The notes under the pieces were generated by a model. The model was not told the origin of the DNA and ran no database searches. It worked only from the letters and a program-made list of their open reading frames with translations. A stretch of 57,669 bases of DNA from an uncultured Clostridium sp. (lineage in GTDB: Bacteria; Bacillota; Clostridia; TANB77; CAG-465). Location of the stretch: positions 1 through 57,669 of the forward strand of contig CAOKPF010000005.1 of NCBI GenBank assembly GCA_948470565.1, given 5' to 3'. This document shows positions 40,346 through 50,758 of the stretch, in pieces. Every line of letters begins with the position of its first letter. Position 1 is the stretch's first letter. Made by a program: the position numbers and the translations under genes.

Positions 40346-40627
40346 ATGAAACATTTTATTATAGTTAAGTTTGATAATACAATAAATGTTAAAGAAATAT
40401 TAAAACCAATAGAAGATTTATTTTTAAAATCACTAAATATAGATGGAGTTGATAGTGTTAAAATTTATACTTCAAATACAGATTTATCTAACAGACATGA
40501 TTTAATGATAGAAATGAGACTTACCTTGGACGCTTTAAAAACATTTGATAATTCAGAAATACATAAAAAATGGAAAAGTGAATATGGTCAATATATTACA
40601 GACAAAACGATATTTGATTGTGACTAA
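40346..40627 (+). CDS. Dabb family protein, copy 2 (identical to copy 1)
   Basis: 100 percent identical ORF. Confidence 0.65.
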   Translation: MKHFIIVKFDNTINVKEILKPIEDLFLKSLNIDGVDSVKIYTSNTDLSNRHDLMIEMRLTLDALKTFDNSEIHKKWKSEYGQYITDKTIFDCD

Positions 40628-40837
40628 ATAATATATAGGGGGTAAACAGTGGATTTAAGAAAATCAAATAATAATTATTAAATAAAATTCCCTGTTTTAC
40701 TAATGAATAGTAATGTTTGTTTTAGAAATTACTTCATAATTTTTATCAAAATGCTAGTAAAATACAATTATATATGATATAATTCATTATGTAATATATA
40801 ACTTATCATTTAATTAATATTAAAGGAGGAAAAATAA

Positions 40838-41854
40838 ATGAATGAATATAAACCATGGTCTTCGGAAGTATTAGAACGGATGACTAATAATACAAAAAGT
40901 AGATTTCCAATATTAGATATACAGTTTGGTGGAGCATGTAATTTAAGCTGCAAATATTGTGATACTCCAAAGTATAATTTACCATGTTTACTTGATATAA
41001 AATCTATTGAAAGAATAATTGTTAATAGTAATATTGAGTGGATTTATGCTTGTGGATTGGGTGAACCTACTGCAGGAAATAATATGGAAATACTTAAGAA
41101 AATTTTGCATATGTGTTCTAAGTATAATGTTAAGCTCTCAATGTTTAGTAATATGATTAATCTAGATAGCGAGTTATTAAATTATATTAAAGATAGTATA
41201 TTATATGTATTATTTAAGCTTGATAGTTTTAATCCTTCAACTATGGAGTTTTTGTATGGTAATAATAGTAGTAAAATTATTTTGCAAAATTACGAAAAGT
41301 TAAGAAGTGTAATTCGTGTTGAAAATGGAGCGACTAATTTAGGTGCATCTATAGTTCCAACTTCAAAAAATTATAATGAACTATTTGAGATTATAGATTA
41401 TTGTATGGATAATGGAATATATCCATTAATAGGAGAACTTGAAAATGCTGGAAAATGTTCAAATATATTTGATAGTTTAAAAATTGAACAAGATAAACTA
41501 TATAGCATAGTAAATTATATTAACAAAAAGTATGATATAGATTATCGTATTCCAATATGTCCCGCAACAATCTCTGGTATTCATATAACTAATACGAATA
41601 AAGTAATTATAGATAGAAAGACAGGTTTATCTTGTGGTTGGTTTTGGCTCAATGATCCTGAAATGATTGAGATAGGCGACATTACTAATATGACTGAGGA
41701 AGAGATTATATCAAATATAATTATGTATAGAAAATCTAAGTTAGCTGATGTTATATCAATTGAAAAATCGCTAAAGTATAATGCTTTTGGAGGTTGTGGC
41801 GGTGATATTAAGCAATTATTTCAAAAGTATATCAATTTAGCAGAGTTTTATTAA
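40838..41854 (+). CDS. Radical SAM protein of unknown specificity
   Basis: CNLSCKYC (CxxxCxxC) near the N-terminus. Additional C-terminal Cys residues occur at ICPAT, LSCGW and GGCGG. Confidence 0.8.
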   Translation: MNEYKPWSSEVLERMTNNTKSRFPILDIQFGGACNLSCKYCDTPKYNLPCLLDIKSIERIIVNSNIEWIYACGLGEPTAGNNMEILKKILHMCSKYNVKLSMFSNMINLDSELLNYIKDSILYVLFKLDSFNPSTMEFLYGNNSSKIILQNYEKLRSVIRVENGATNLGASIVPTSKNYNELFEIIDYCMDNGIYPLIGELENAGKCSNIFDSLKIEQDKLYSIVNYINKKYDIDYRIPICPATISGIHITNTNKVIIDRKTGLSCGWFWLNDPEMIEIGDITNMTEEEIISNIIMYRKSKLADVISIEKSLKYNAFGGCGGDIKQLFQKYINLAEFY

Positions 41855-42049
41855 GTTTGTTTTTTAAAATAAAAAATTATATAATTAATTCAAAAAATCG
41901 CAGTTTGCATATTGCGATTTTTTGTTGCATAAAAATATATTCTATAAATTCTAATTATAACAACATTATAGTTGACATAGCTTTATTATAGTGATATAAT
42001 CTTTGTACATTTTATGTAACTTTATTTTAATAAAGAAAGGAAGATATGT

Positions 42050-42814
42050 ATGAAAAAAGAAAATTTAGGTTTAGGAATGGTACTAGTATTGGTGTTAGTA
42101 ATAGAGATATTTGGATATTCTACAATATCAAACAAGTTAGATGAAAAATATGAAAAATATGACAATGCAATGAAAATTACAAGTCAAGAAGATTTACAGG
42201 AGGCAATAAAAGGAAAAAATAACAATGTAATTATTGAAGGAGACTTTTCTTCAGATGCCTTAGTTGCAGTGGAAGAGCTGTCCGAAGAATATATTTCAAT
42301 AAAAAAGATTTCTCAAAAATACAATAAGCATTTTCGGAGAGCAGGTAAAGTTACTAGGCATTACAAGAGATGGGACAGATACAAAATGGAAAAAAGTTTA
42401 TCTAGTGAATACGTTACTATATTTGGAATAAAATTAAATACCAATAAACTAGATATATCTGATTATTATGAAAGGTTATCGCTTACTGATGATACTGTTG
42501 TAGACGATATGCATAGTAAATTGGAAGAGGACTATTTATATCAGAATTCACCAAAAGAAAAATCATTAGGTGATATAAGATATTATTACCAGGTTATTCC
42601 TAAAGAGTTTCATGGTACTATCTTCGTTAATATTTCTAATAACGAATATAGCCCTATAAATAGTGACATTATAAAAGTCCATAAAGGTACTACTGATGAT
42701 TTGTTTGATGAAGTACAAGAAAGCAAGATCTTATTAAAAATAACTTTTGTAACAATTTTTAGTTTAACAATAGTAGGAATCTTTTTTATTTTCTGGAAAG
42801 GCTTTCAAAACTAA
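42050..42814 (+). CDS. Hypothetical membrane protein with N- and C-terminal TM anchors (possibly GIDE-like topology)
   Basis: Hydrophobic segments at both termini. The terminator hairpin is at about 42829-42866. Confidence 0.45.
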   Translation: MKKENLGLGMVLVLVLVIEIFGYSTISNKLDEKYEKYDNAMKITSQEDLQEAIKGKNNNVIIEGDFSSDALVAVEELSEEYISIKKISQKYNKHFRRAGKVTRHYKRWDRYKMEKSLSSEYVTIFGIKLNTNKLDISDYYERLSLTDDTVVDDMHSKLEEDYLYQNSPKEKSLGDIRYYYQVIPKEFHGTIFVNISNNEYSPINSDIIKVHKGTTDDLFDEVQESKILLKITFVTIFSLTIVGIFFIFWKGFQN

Positions 42815-43053
42815 AAGAGTTATTTATATAAAAACAGTGTAGTTATATAACTATGCTGTTTTTTTACCTATTCTAAGTGTAATTTCTCTAAATATTTTCC
42901 TTTGCTTTCATAATTAGTAACTTTTTGTCATATATTGTAATATTGTCTGCTTATGTGAATTTTTTGTGAACAAATTGTAAGGCTATTGACAAAATATATT
43001 TATAGTTGTAAAATATACAATGTTTAACAAAAATTGTGATTGTGAGGTGAACT

Positions 43054-43494
43054 ATGAGTGAATATAAAGTACTTTATCAGATAAAAACTTTAGAAAAAAT
43101 GATCCTTAGAAAGTTCTTAAATAGTAATAATATGGAAATGCCACGTTGTAGCTTATCTCCTACTCAAATGCAGATAATTGAATATATGTTAGAACATATT
43201 GATGAGGATATTTATCAAAGAGATTTAGAAGAGGTGCTAAATTTGAGGAGAGCGACAGTTTCTGGAGTTTTGCAAACTATGGAGAAAAATCATCTAATAA
43301 ATAGAGTAACAAACTCACAAGATACTAGAATTAAGAAAATAATGTTAAATGAAGATACTAAAAATATATTTATGAGTAATAAAGATAAATTAGAACAAAT
43401 GGAAAAACAAGTTATAGACAATATATCAGAAAATGAACTTAAAGTTTTTTCTAAAGTTATTGAAAAAATGAAAGCTAATATTGATAAAATTTAG
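43054..43494 (+). CDS. MarR family transcriptional regulator
   Basis: Winged-HTH region LSPTQMQIIEYM...QRDLEEVLNLRRATVSGVLQTMEKNHLINR. Confidence 0.8.
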   Translation: MSEYKVLYQIKTLEKMILRKFLNSNNMEMPRCSLSPTQMQIIEYMLEHIDEDIYQRDLEEVLNLRRATVSGVLQTMEKNHLINRVTNSQDTRIKKIMLNEDTKNIFMSNKDKLEQMEKQVIDNISENELKVFSKVIEKMKANIDKI

Positions 43495-43530
43495 TATCTT
43501 ATATGTAAATTTTTATTGAAAGGAGAAAAG

Positions 43531-45294
43531 ATGTTTAAATTATTAAAAAACTTAGGCAAAAGAGAAACTTGTTTTGCTGTAATATGTATAATTTTGGTTG
43601 TGGCACAAGTATGGTTAGATTTAAAAATGCCTGATTATATGTCAGAAATTACAGTACTTGTTCAAACTGAAGATAGCCAAATGTCTGAAATATTAAAAAA
43701 TGGCGGTTACATGATGGCATGCGCTTTTGGTAGCTTAATAGCAGCAATTTTTACAGGATATTTTGCTTCTAATATATCCTCAACTTTTTCTATGAGAGTG
43801 AGGAAAAAAATATTTAATAAAGTAGAAAATCTCTCAATGCAGGAGGTAAAAAAGTTTTCTACTAGTAGTTTAATAACCAGAACTACAAATGATGTAACTC
43901 AGGTTGAAATGTTAATTTCAATGGGACTTCAATTATTAATTAAAGCACCTATAACAGCAGTATGGGCAATAACTAAAATATTAAATAAAAGTTGGCAGTG
44001 GAGTGCAATTACAGCAGTTGCTATTGTGATACTTTTGTCTGTTATTGGAATGTTAATTATTATTGTAATGCCTAGATTTAAGATAGTTCAAAAATTAATA
44101 GATAAAATTAATGGTGTAACTCGTGAAAATTTGACAGGTATACGTGTTGTAAGGGCATATAATGCAGAAAAGTATCAGGAGGATAAATTTGAAGAGGTAA
44201 ACACAAAACTTACAAATCAACAATTATTTAACCAAAAGGCTTTTGCTATAATGCAACCTGTTATGTATTTGGTTATGTATGGTTTAACATTATCTATATA
44301 TTTTGTTGGAGCATATTTAATAAAAGATTCTTTAATGGTAGATAAATTAACTCTATTCGGGGATATGGTTGTATTTAGTTCATATGCTATGCAAGTTATA
44401 ATGTCATTTTTAATGCTTGCAATGATATTTATGATGTTACCACGTGCTCAAGTATCAGCTAAGCGTGTAAATGAAGTTTTAGATACAGATATTAGTATTA
44501 AAGATGGTAGTATAAATACTGATACTACTGATTTGAGGGGAACTGTAGAATTTAGAAATGTATCATTTAAATATGAAGATGCCGAAGAATATTTATTAAA
44601 AAACATATCATTTGAAGCTAAAAAAGGTGAAACAGTTGCTTTTATAGGTTCAACTGGTAGTGGAAAATCTACCCTTATAAATCTTATTCCTAGATTTTAT
44701 GATGCAACAGATGGCGAAGTTTTAGTAGATGGTGTAAATGTAAAAGAATATACGCAAGAATTTTTACATAATAAAATTGGATATGTACCACAAAAAGCTG
44801 TTATGTTTAATGGTACAGTTAATTCTAATGTTTCCTATGGGGATAATGGAAAAGGTGACATTACTGAGGAAAAAGTAAAAGAAGCAATCAAGGTTGCTCA
44901 AGGTAAAGAATTTGTTGAGAAAATGGATAATCAATATGATACACATATAGCACAGGGTGGTACAAATGTGTCAGGTGGTCAAAAACAAAGATTAGCAATA
45001 GCAAGAGCAATAGCAAGGGATCCTGAAATTTACATATTTGATGATAGTTTTTCAGCACTTGATTATAAAACAGATTCTACACTTAGAAAGGAACTTAAAA
45101 AATATACAAAAGACGCTACAAATATAATTGTTGCACAAAGAATAGGTACAATTATGAATGCTGATAAAATAATTGTTTTAGATAATGGCGAATGTGTTGG
45201 AATTGGTACACACAAAGAGCTACTAGAAAAATGTGAGGTATATAAGCAGATTGCTTTATCTCAGGTTACAAAGGAGGAATTAGAGAATGGCTAA
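43531..45294 (+). CDS. ABC exporter, fused permease/ATPase half-transporter
   Basis: 6-TM domain, Walker A GSTGSGKST, signature VSGGQKQR and Walker B IYIFDDS. Confidence 0.9.
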   Translation: MFKLLKNLGKRETCFAVICIILVVAQVWLDLKMPDYMSEITVLVQTEDSQMSEILKNGGYMMACAFGSLIAAIFTGYFASNISSTFSMRVRKKIFNKVENLSMQEVKKFSTSSLITRTTNDVTQVEMLISMGLQLLIKAPITAVWAITKILNKSWQWSAITAVAIVILLSVIGMLIIIVMPRFKIVQKLIDKINGVTRENLTGIRVVRAYNAEKYQEDKFEEVNTKLTNQQLFNQKAFAIMQPVMYLVMYGLTLSIYFVGAYLIKDSLMVDKLTLFGDMVVFSSYAMQVIMSFLMLAMIFMMLPRAQVSAKRVNEVLDTDISIKDGSINTDTTDLRGTVEFRNVSFKYEDAEEYLLKNISFEAKKGETVAFIGSTGSGKSTLINLIPRFYDATDGEVLVDGVNVKEYTQEFLHNKIGYVPQKAVMFNGTVNSNVSYGDNGKGDITEEKVKEAIKVAQGKEFVEKMDNQYDTHIAQGGTNVSGGQKQRLAIARAIARDPEIYIFDDSFSALDYKTDSTLRKELKKYTKDATNIIVAQRIGTIMNADKIIVLDNGECVGIGTHKELLEKCEVYKQIALSQVTKEELENG

Positions 45295-47674
45295 TGAAAG
45301 TAATAATATAAGAACTCCTAAAAGAGGACCAGGCGGATTTGGTGGACCTGGTATGAGAGGTGGAACTGGTGAAAAAGCAAAAGATTTTAAAAGTGCTATA
45401 TCTAGATTATTTAGAGAATTAAATAAACATAAAGTATTAATATCAGTTGCACTTGTACTTGCAGTATTTAGTTCTATTTTGTCAATATTTGCACCTAATA
45501 AATTATCAGAGCTTACAGATGAAATTTCTGAAGGATTAGTAGTAAATAAAGCTAATATGGAAACACTTGTAAATACAGTAAAAAATAGTTTAAGTGAAGA
45601 AAACATGCAAGAAGTTATGCCTAAAATTTTGGAAATGAATTTATCGCAAGATAAAGTAGCTAGTATTATGATGAATGCAGATATTTCTATGGAAGATAAG
45701 CAAAGTTTTCAAAGTACAATGACAAAAATTAGTACAGCTAATGAGCAAAATAAGATATTTGAATATTTATTGGAATTACCAAATAGTATATTAAAAATTA
45801 TACTTCCAACATCTACATATAATGAAAATGTAATTTCTTCAGATGATAAAATTGAATTATTAAAAATGTTAAATAATTTAGATAGTGATAATATGGAAAA
45901 TATATCATTACCTGAAAGTATACAAAATGTTTTACTTGAAGAAATTGAGATAGATGGAGTTAAAATATCACCACAAGATCAATATAAATTTATAACAGCT
46001 ATGAGCTCACTAAGTGAAGATGTAGATGTAAATGTACTATATTCAAAAGTAGATGAAATGCCAGAGGATATACAAAAAGTAATAAAACCATTTATGGATA
46101 TGGATACAATTAAAAATATAACATTATTTTTAGTAGCTCTATATCTATGTAGTAGTTTATTTAATTATATCCAGTCTATTTGTATGACAGATGTTGCCAA
46201 TAAATTTGCAAGAGGCTTAAGAAGTAGAATTTCTGTAAAAATAAATAAATTACCACTTAAATATTTTGATAAACATCAAGCTGGAGATACTTTATCAAGA
46301 GTAACTAATGATGTTGATACAATAGCACAGACAATGAATCAATCTTTGGCAAGCTTAGTAAGTTCCGTTACATTGTTTATAGGAACAGTAATAATGATGT
46401 TTTATACAAATTGGATTATGGCAATTACTGCAATTGTTGCAAGTTTATTTGGATTTGCTGGAATGATGTTAATACTTAAAAATTCGCAGAAGTATTTTAT
46501 AGCTAAGCAAACAGAACTTGGAAATTTGAATGGACATATCGAAGAGGTATATTCTGGCTTAAATGTAGTTAAAGCATATAATGGTAAAAAAGAATCTGAT
46601 GAAAAGTTTGATTTATATAATCAAAAAGTATGTGAAAGTAATCAAAAAAGCCAGTTTTTGTCAGGTATGATGCATCCTATAATGGGATTTATAGGTAATT
46701 TTGGATATGTTGCAGTATGTATTGTTGGCGCATTACTTACAATGAATGATATGATTTCTTTTGGTGTAATAGTTGCATTTATAAGCTATATAAGGTTGTT
46801 TACATCGCCTTTATCACAAATAGCACAATCTATGACATCACTTCAATCTACAGCAGCAGCTAGTGAGAGAGTTTTTGAATTTGTAGATGAGGAGGAAATG
46901 TCTTCACAAGATGAAATAAAAACAGTTTTAGACAAAAAACATGTAAGTGGAAAAATAGAGTTTGAGAATGTAATTTTTAAATATGATAATAACGATGAAC
47001 CAACTATAAATAACTTTACAGCCACAGCAAATCCAGGTCAAAAAATTGCAATTGTTGGTCCAACTGGAGCAGGTAAGACCACAATGGTAAATCTTCTTAT
47101 GAAATTTTATGAGATTAATTCAGGAGATATAAAAATTGATGGTGTTTCAATAAATAATTTAACAAGGGAAAATATACATGAGTTATTTACAATGGTATTA
47201 CAAGATACATGGTTATTTGAAGGAACAATAAAAGAAAATATAATTTATAATAGAGAAAATGTTAGTGATGAAAGAGTAAAGGAAGTTTGCAAAGAAGTAG
47301 GTCTAGACCATTTCATAAAAACTTTGCCTAATGGATATGATTCACAAATTTCTGAAAATGATGCGGTATCAGCAGGTCAAAGACAATTACTTACTATTGC
47401 TAGAGGTATGATTGACAATGCTCCATTTTTAATATTGGATGAGGCTACATCTAATGTAGATACAAGAACTGAAGAAATGGTGCAAAAAGCAATGGATAAA
47501 CTAACAGAAGGAAAAACTTCGTTTATTATTGCACATAGACTATCAACTATAAAAAATGCTGATTTGATTTTAGTTATGAGAGATGGAAATATAATTGAGC
47601 AAGGAAATCATGATGAATTAATAGAGAAAAATGGTGCTTATGCTGAGTTATATAATTCTCAATTTGAGTTATAG
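45287..47674 (+). CDS. ABC exporter half-transporter partner with an insertion of about 200 aa between TM1 and TM2
   Basis: Walker A GPTGAGKTT, signature VSAGQRQL and Walker B FLILDEATS. Overlaps the upstream partner by 8 nt. Confidence 0.9.
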   Translation: MANESNNIRTPKRGPGGFGGPGMRGGTGEKAKDFKSAISRLFRELNKHKVLISVALVLAVFSSILSIFAPNKLSELTDEISEGLVVNKANMETLVNTVKNSLSEENMQEVMPKILEMNLSQDKVASIMMNADISMEDKQSFQSTMTKISTANEQNKIFEYLLELPNSILKIILPTSTYNENVISSDDKIELLKMLNNLDSDNMENISLPESIQNVLLEEIEIDGVKISPQDQYKFITAMSSLSEDVDVNVLYSKVDEMPEDIQKVIKPFMDMDTIKNITLFLVALYLCSSLFNYIQSICMTDVANKFARGLRSRISVKINKLPLKYFDKHQAGDTLSRVTNDVDTIAQTMNQSLASLVSSVTLFIGTVIMMFYTNWIMAITAIVASLFGFAGMMLILKNSQKYFIAKQTELGNLNGHIEEVYSGLNVVKAYNGKKESDEKFDLYNQKVCESNQKSQFLSGMMHPIMGFIGNFGYVAVCIVGALLTMNDMISFGVIVAFISYIRLFTSPLSQIAQSMTSLQSTAAASERVFEFVDEEEMSSQDEIKTVLDKKHVSGKIEFENVIFKYDNNDEPTINNFTATANPGQKIAIVGPTGAGKTTMVNLLMKFYEINSGDIKIDGVSINNLTRENIHELFTMVLQDTWLFEGTIKENIIYNRENVSDERVKEVCKEVGLDHFIKTLPNGYDSQISENDAVSAGQRQLLTIARGMIDNAPFLILDEATSNVDTRTEEMVQKAMDKLTEGKTSFIIAHRLSTIKNADLILVMRDGNIIEQGNHDELIEKNGAYAELYNSQFEL

Positions 47675-47691
47675 AGGAGATGAAATTTATT

Positions 47692-48315
47692 ATGAGCAAT
47701 ATTGTTATTACTATAGGTAGGGAATATGGTTCAGGTGGAAAGTATATAGGAAAAGAAGTTTCAAAAAAATTAGGTATTAATTTTTTTGATAATGAATTGC
47801 TACAAAAAACTTATGAAAAGAATGGTTGTAATTATTCGAAATTACAGCAATATGATGAGGTAAAAAGAAACTCCATTTTAAAGGCACTGGATCTGTTAAG
47901 TATGAAAAACTATGATAGTGTATTAGAAGATGATGCATGTCAGTTACTTATTAGTGATACTATAAAGGAGATAGCTGAAAGCGAGTCATGTGTTATAATT
48001 GGTAGGAATGCTAATAAAATTTTGAAAGATAGAAATAATGTTATTAATATATTTATATATTCTAATGATAGAGAGTTTAAAATTAATAGAAAGATGAAGC
48101 TTGAAAATCTTTCATATAATGAAGCTGAAAAAAGGTTAGTGTATATTGATAGACAAAGAAGAAAATATTATGAATATTTGAATAAAAATTCTAAGTGGGG
48201 GAATAGAACTGATTATGACTTTTGTATTGATTCATCAATTTTAGGAGTAGATGGAACAGTTGAATTAATAGTAAATATATACAATAGTTATATGAAAGAA
48301 AAAGAAAGACAGTAA
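47692..48315 (+). CDS. Cytidylate kinase-like family protein
   Basis: ITIGREYGSGGKYIGKEVSKKLG N-terminus. Confidence 0.7.
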   Translation: MSNIVITIGREYGSGGKYIGKEVSKKLGINFFDNELLQKTYEKNGCNYSKLQQYDEVKRNSILKALDLLSMKNYDSVLEDDACQLLISDTIKEIAESESCVIIGRNANKILKDRNNVINIFIYSNDREFKINRKMKLENLSYNEAEKRLVYIDRQRRKYYEYLNKNSKWGNRTDYDFCIDSSILGVDGTVELIVNIYNSYMKEKERQ

Positions 48316-48969
48316 TGTATAAGGTTATATTAATTAAATAAACTGCAATATGGTATAGTTTATACTTATATGTAGAAATATTATATAAAGTAAAATCAGT
48401 AGCTATGTAGCATCGTAGCTATTGATTTTTATGTCATTTTAATTATATGATTTTATATAGTATATATTATTTGATTACATTTTTTTAGTTAAGGAAAATA
48501 TGCAATAGGAATAAAGTAAAATACAGATAGAATATTAAATTTTGTAAAAAGTAGTACTCAAATAAAAATGAAATAGAAATAAATTATAAAATTAATATAA
48601 TAGTTTGCAAATACAAACATAACAAAAAAACAATATATATGGATATTATAAAATGTAAAATTATAGTATTAGAAATGGCGATATAATTAGTTATTTTTCT
48701 GTAATTTGTGTAGTAGTTTAAATACACACAATTACAGAAAATAAGAAAAAATATGAAAAAATTAGAAAAATCAGAATATAAATAAAATTACTTTTTAAAA
48801 CTTTTTATAGAAAAATTTTATTAAAGATAATAGAGTATAAGTAATATACATTTATATACATATCTTTTTATATAAAACGTTATGTTACTCAAAAATATAA
48901 ATTTTTTAATGAAATAATTGTCAAAATGTGACGAAATAGGGTATAATAAAAAAAGTGAACTACATAATA

Positions 48970-48997
48970 TTGACAAATAAAAAAATTGTGATATAAT
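48970..48997 (+). promoter_or_regulatory. Promoter upstream of the 49054 gene (a second candidate lies at 48918-48947)
   Basis: TTGACA, 16-nt spacer, TGaTATAAT. Upstream candidate is TTGTCA-18-TATAAT. Confidence 0.45.
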
Positions 48998-49053
48998 ATC
49001 TATGTAAAAAAACGTATACTTGTGAATTAATATTCAAAAAAGGAGGTATGTAT

Positions 49054-49563
49054 ATGAAATATGCAAAAGTTAGAACACATGATTTACATAATTCAACTAT
49101 TCTTAAAATCGCAGAAAATCAAGGAGTTGACATACTTGTTGTCGAAAATGAAACAGGCATGCAGTTTTCAATAAAAAAATCAGAAGTTGAAGTTTGGTAT
49201 TCTGGAAAGATTTTAGTGCCTAAAGAGGTAATTGTTAGAGTTTGTGGCACTAACATATCATTGATGATATTTTCTAGAAATGACATAAGACTAACAAATA
49301 AAGTTAATGCTCTTACAATAAATGGAAAAGTACCAACAATTAGAGAGCTATTAAATATACTTCCTAAAGAGACATATTATGTTTTTATAGATAATATTAA
49401 TAATATAGATGTTGAAAATTTGAGGATATTTTTAGATAATATAATTGATTATTATGGAATAGATGGATTTATAGTAAAAAATTATCCAGAAAGTATAAAA
49501 AAATTTTTATATGAATATGCTGATGAGAGTAACAGGTTGATATGCGAACAAGTTGACCTGTGA
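49054..49563 (+). CDS. Hypothetical protein
   Basis: AGGAGG RBS 7 nt before ATG 49054. A terminator with a 10-bp stem follows at about 49575-49612. Confidence 0.45.
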   Translation: MKYAKVRTHDLHNSTILKIAENQGVDILVVENETGMQFSIKKSEVEVWYSGKILVPKEVIVRVCGTNISLMIFSRNDIRLTNKVNALTINGKVPTIRELLNILPKETYYVFIDNINNIDVENLRIFLDNIIDYYGIDGFIVKNYPESIKKFLYEYADESNRLICEQVDL

Positions 49564-49696
49564 AATATAGAGAGGGGGTGTCCATGCAATTTTTTGGATA
49601 CTCCTTTTTTATTAATTAATAAAAAATAGTTTTAAATACTTGAAAAAAACAATGATTTGTAGTAATATATTATTACAAAATTGTGTGGAGAATATA

Positions 49697-50746
49697 ATGA
49701 ATAAAAAGATAAATATAAGTGATTTTACACTAGAAGAATTAGAGCAGTATATAGATAGCATAGGTGAGAAAAAATTTCATGCAAAACAGATTTATAAATG
49801 GATACATAAAATTGGTGTACTATCATTTGATGAAATGACTGATATTTCAAAATCATTAAGAGATAAATTAAAACAAGATACATATATTTTAAATATGGAC
49901 ATAATAGAGTGTCAAAAGTCAAAAAAAGATGGAACAATGAAATTTTTAATAAAGCTTATGGATAATTGTGCTATTGAAACTGTATTTATGGTATATAATT
50001 ATGGAAATACTCTTTGTGTATCTACTCAAGTAGGCTGTAAAATGGGGTGTAAATTTTGTGCTTCTACAAAGGAGGGATATGAAAGAAACTTGTTTGCTTC
50101 AGAAATAGAGGGACAAATACAAGCAGTTCAAAGATATACAGGAGAAAAAATATCTAATGTTGTATATATGGGGATAGGGGAACCTTTGGATAATTTTGAT
50201 AATGTTATAAAATCAATAAATTTAATAAATAGTGCAAATGGACTTAATATTGGTGCTAGGCATATAAGTTTATCTACGTGTGGTATTGTACCAAAGATAT
50301 ATGAACTAGCATCATTAAATACACAATGTACCTTATCTATTTCACTACATGCAACTACTGATGAAAAAAGGCGTGAAATTATGCCAATTGCAAATAAATA
50401 TACAATTGAAGAAATACTTAAAGCTTGTAAAGAGTATATAAAAATTACAGGTAGAAGAATAAGCTTTGAATATGCACTAATATATGGGGAAAATGACAGT
50501 TATAAAGAGGCTATGGAACTAGCAAAATTGCTTAGGGTAATGATTGCACATGTAAATTTAATACCTGTAAATGAAATAAAAAATGGTAAGTATAAGAAGG
50601 CCAGTGAAAAATCTGTAGAAAAATTTATGAATACTTTAAATTCATGCGGAATTGTGACAACTGTTAGAAGGGAATTAGGCTCTGATATAGATGCGGCTTG
50701 CGGACAATTAAGGAAGAAATATTTAGATAAAATAGAAAATGATTAG
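49697..50746 (+). CDS. rlmN: 23S rRNA/tRNA adenine-C2 methyltransferase RlmN (radical SAM)
   Basis: GCKMGCKFC, FHAKQIYKWIH and CGQL at the C-terminus. The start was moved to ATG 49697, after GTGGAG. Confidence 0.9.
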   Translation: MNKKINISDFTLEELEQYIDSIGEKKFHAKQIYKWIHKIGVLSFDEMTDISKSLRDKLKQDTYILNMDIIECQKSKKDGTMKFLIKLMDNCAIETVFMVYNYGNTLCVSTQVGCKMGCKFCASTKEGYERNLFASEIEGQIQAVQRYTGEKISNVVYMGIGEPLDNFDNVIKSINLINSANGLNIGARHISLSTCGIVPKIYELASLNTQCTLSISLHATTDEKRREIMPIANKYTIEEILKACKEYIKITGRRISFEYALIYGENDSYKEAMELAKLLRVMIAHVNLIPVNEIKNGKYKKASEKSVEKFMNTLNSCGIVTTVRRELGSDIDAACGQLRKKYLDKIEND

Positions 50747-50758
50747 TTGAGGTGAGTT

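Larger units (their letters stand above)
39847..40832 (+). repeat. Perfect tandem direct duplication, 2 x 493 bp (Dabb gene plus its 3' spacer carrying a promoter and RBS)
   Basis: Base-by-base comparison shows 39853-40336 is identical to 40346-40829. The two 93-aa ORFs are identical. Confidence 0.9.

Noticed and set aside
39847-40832. The tandem repeat as a CRISPR or minisatellite array.
   Set aside because: There are only two copies of a 493-bp unit that contains a complete gene. There is no short repeat-spacer periodicity here or anywhere else in the window.
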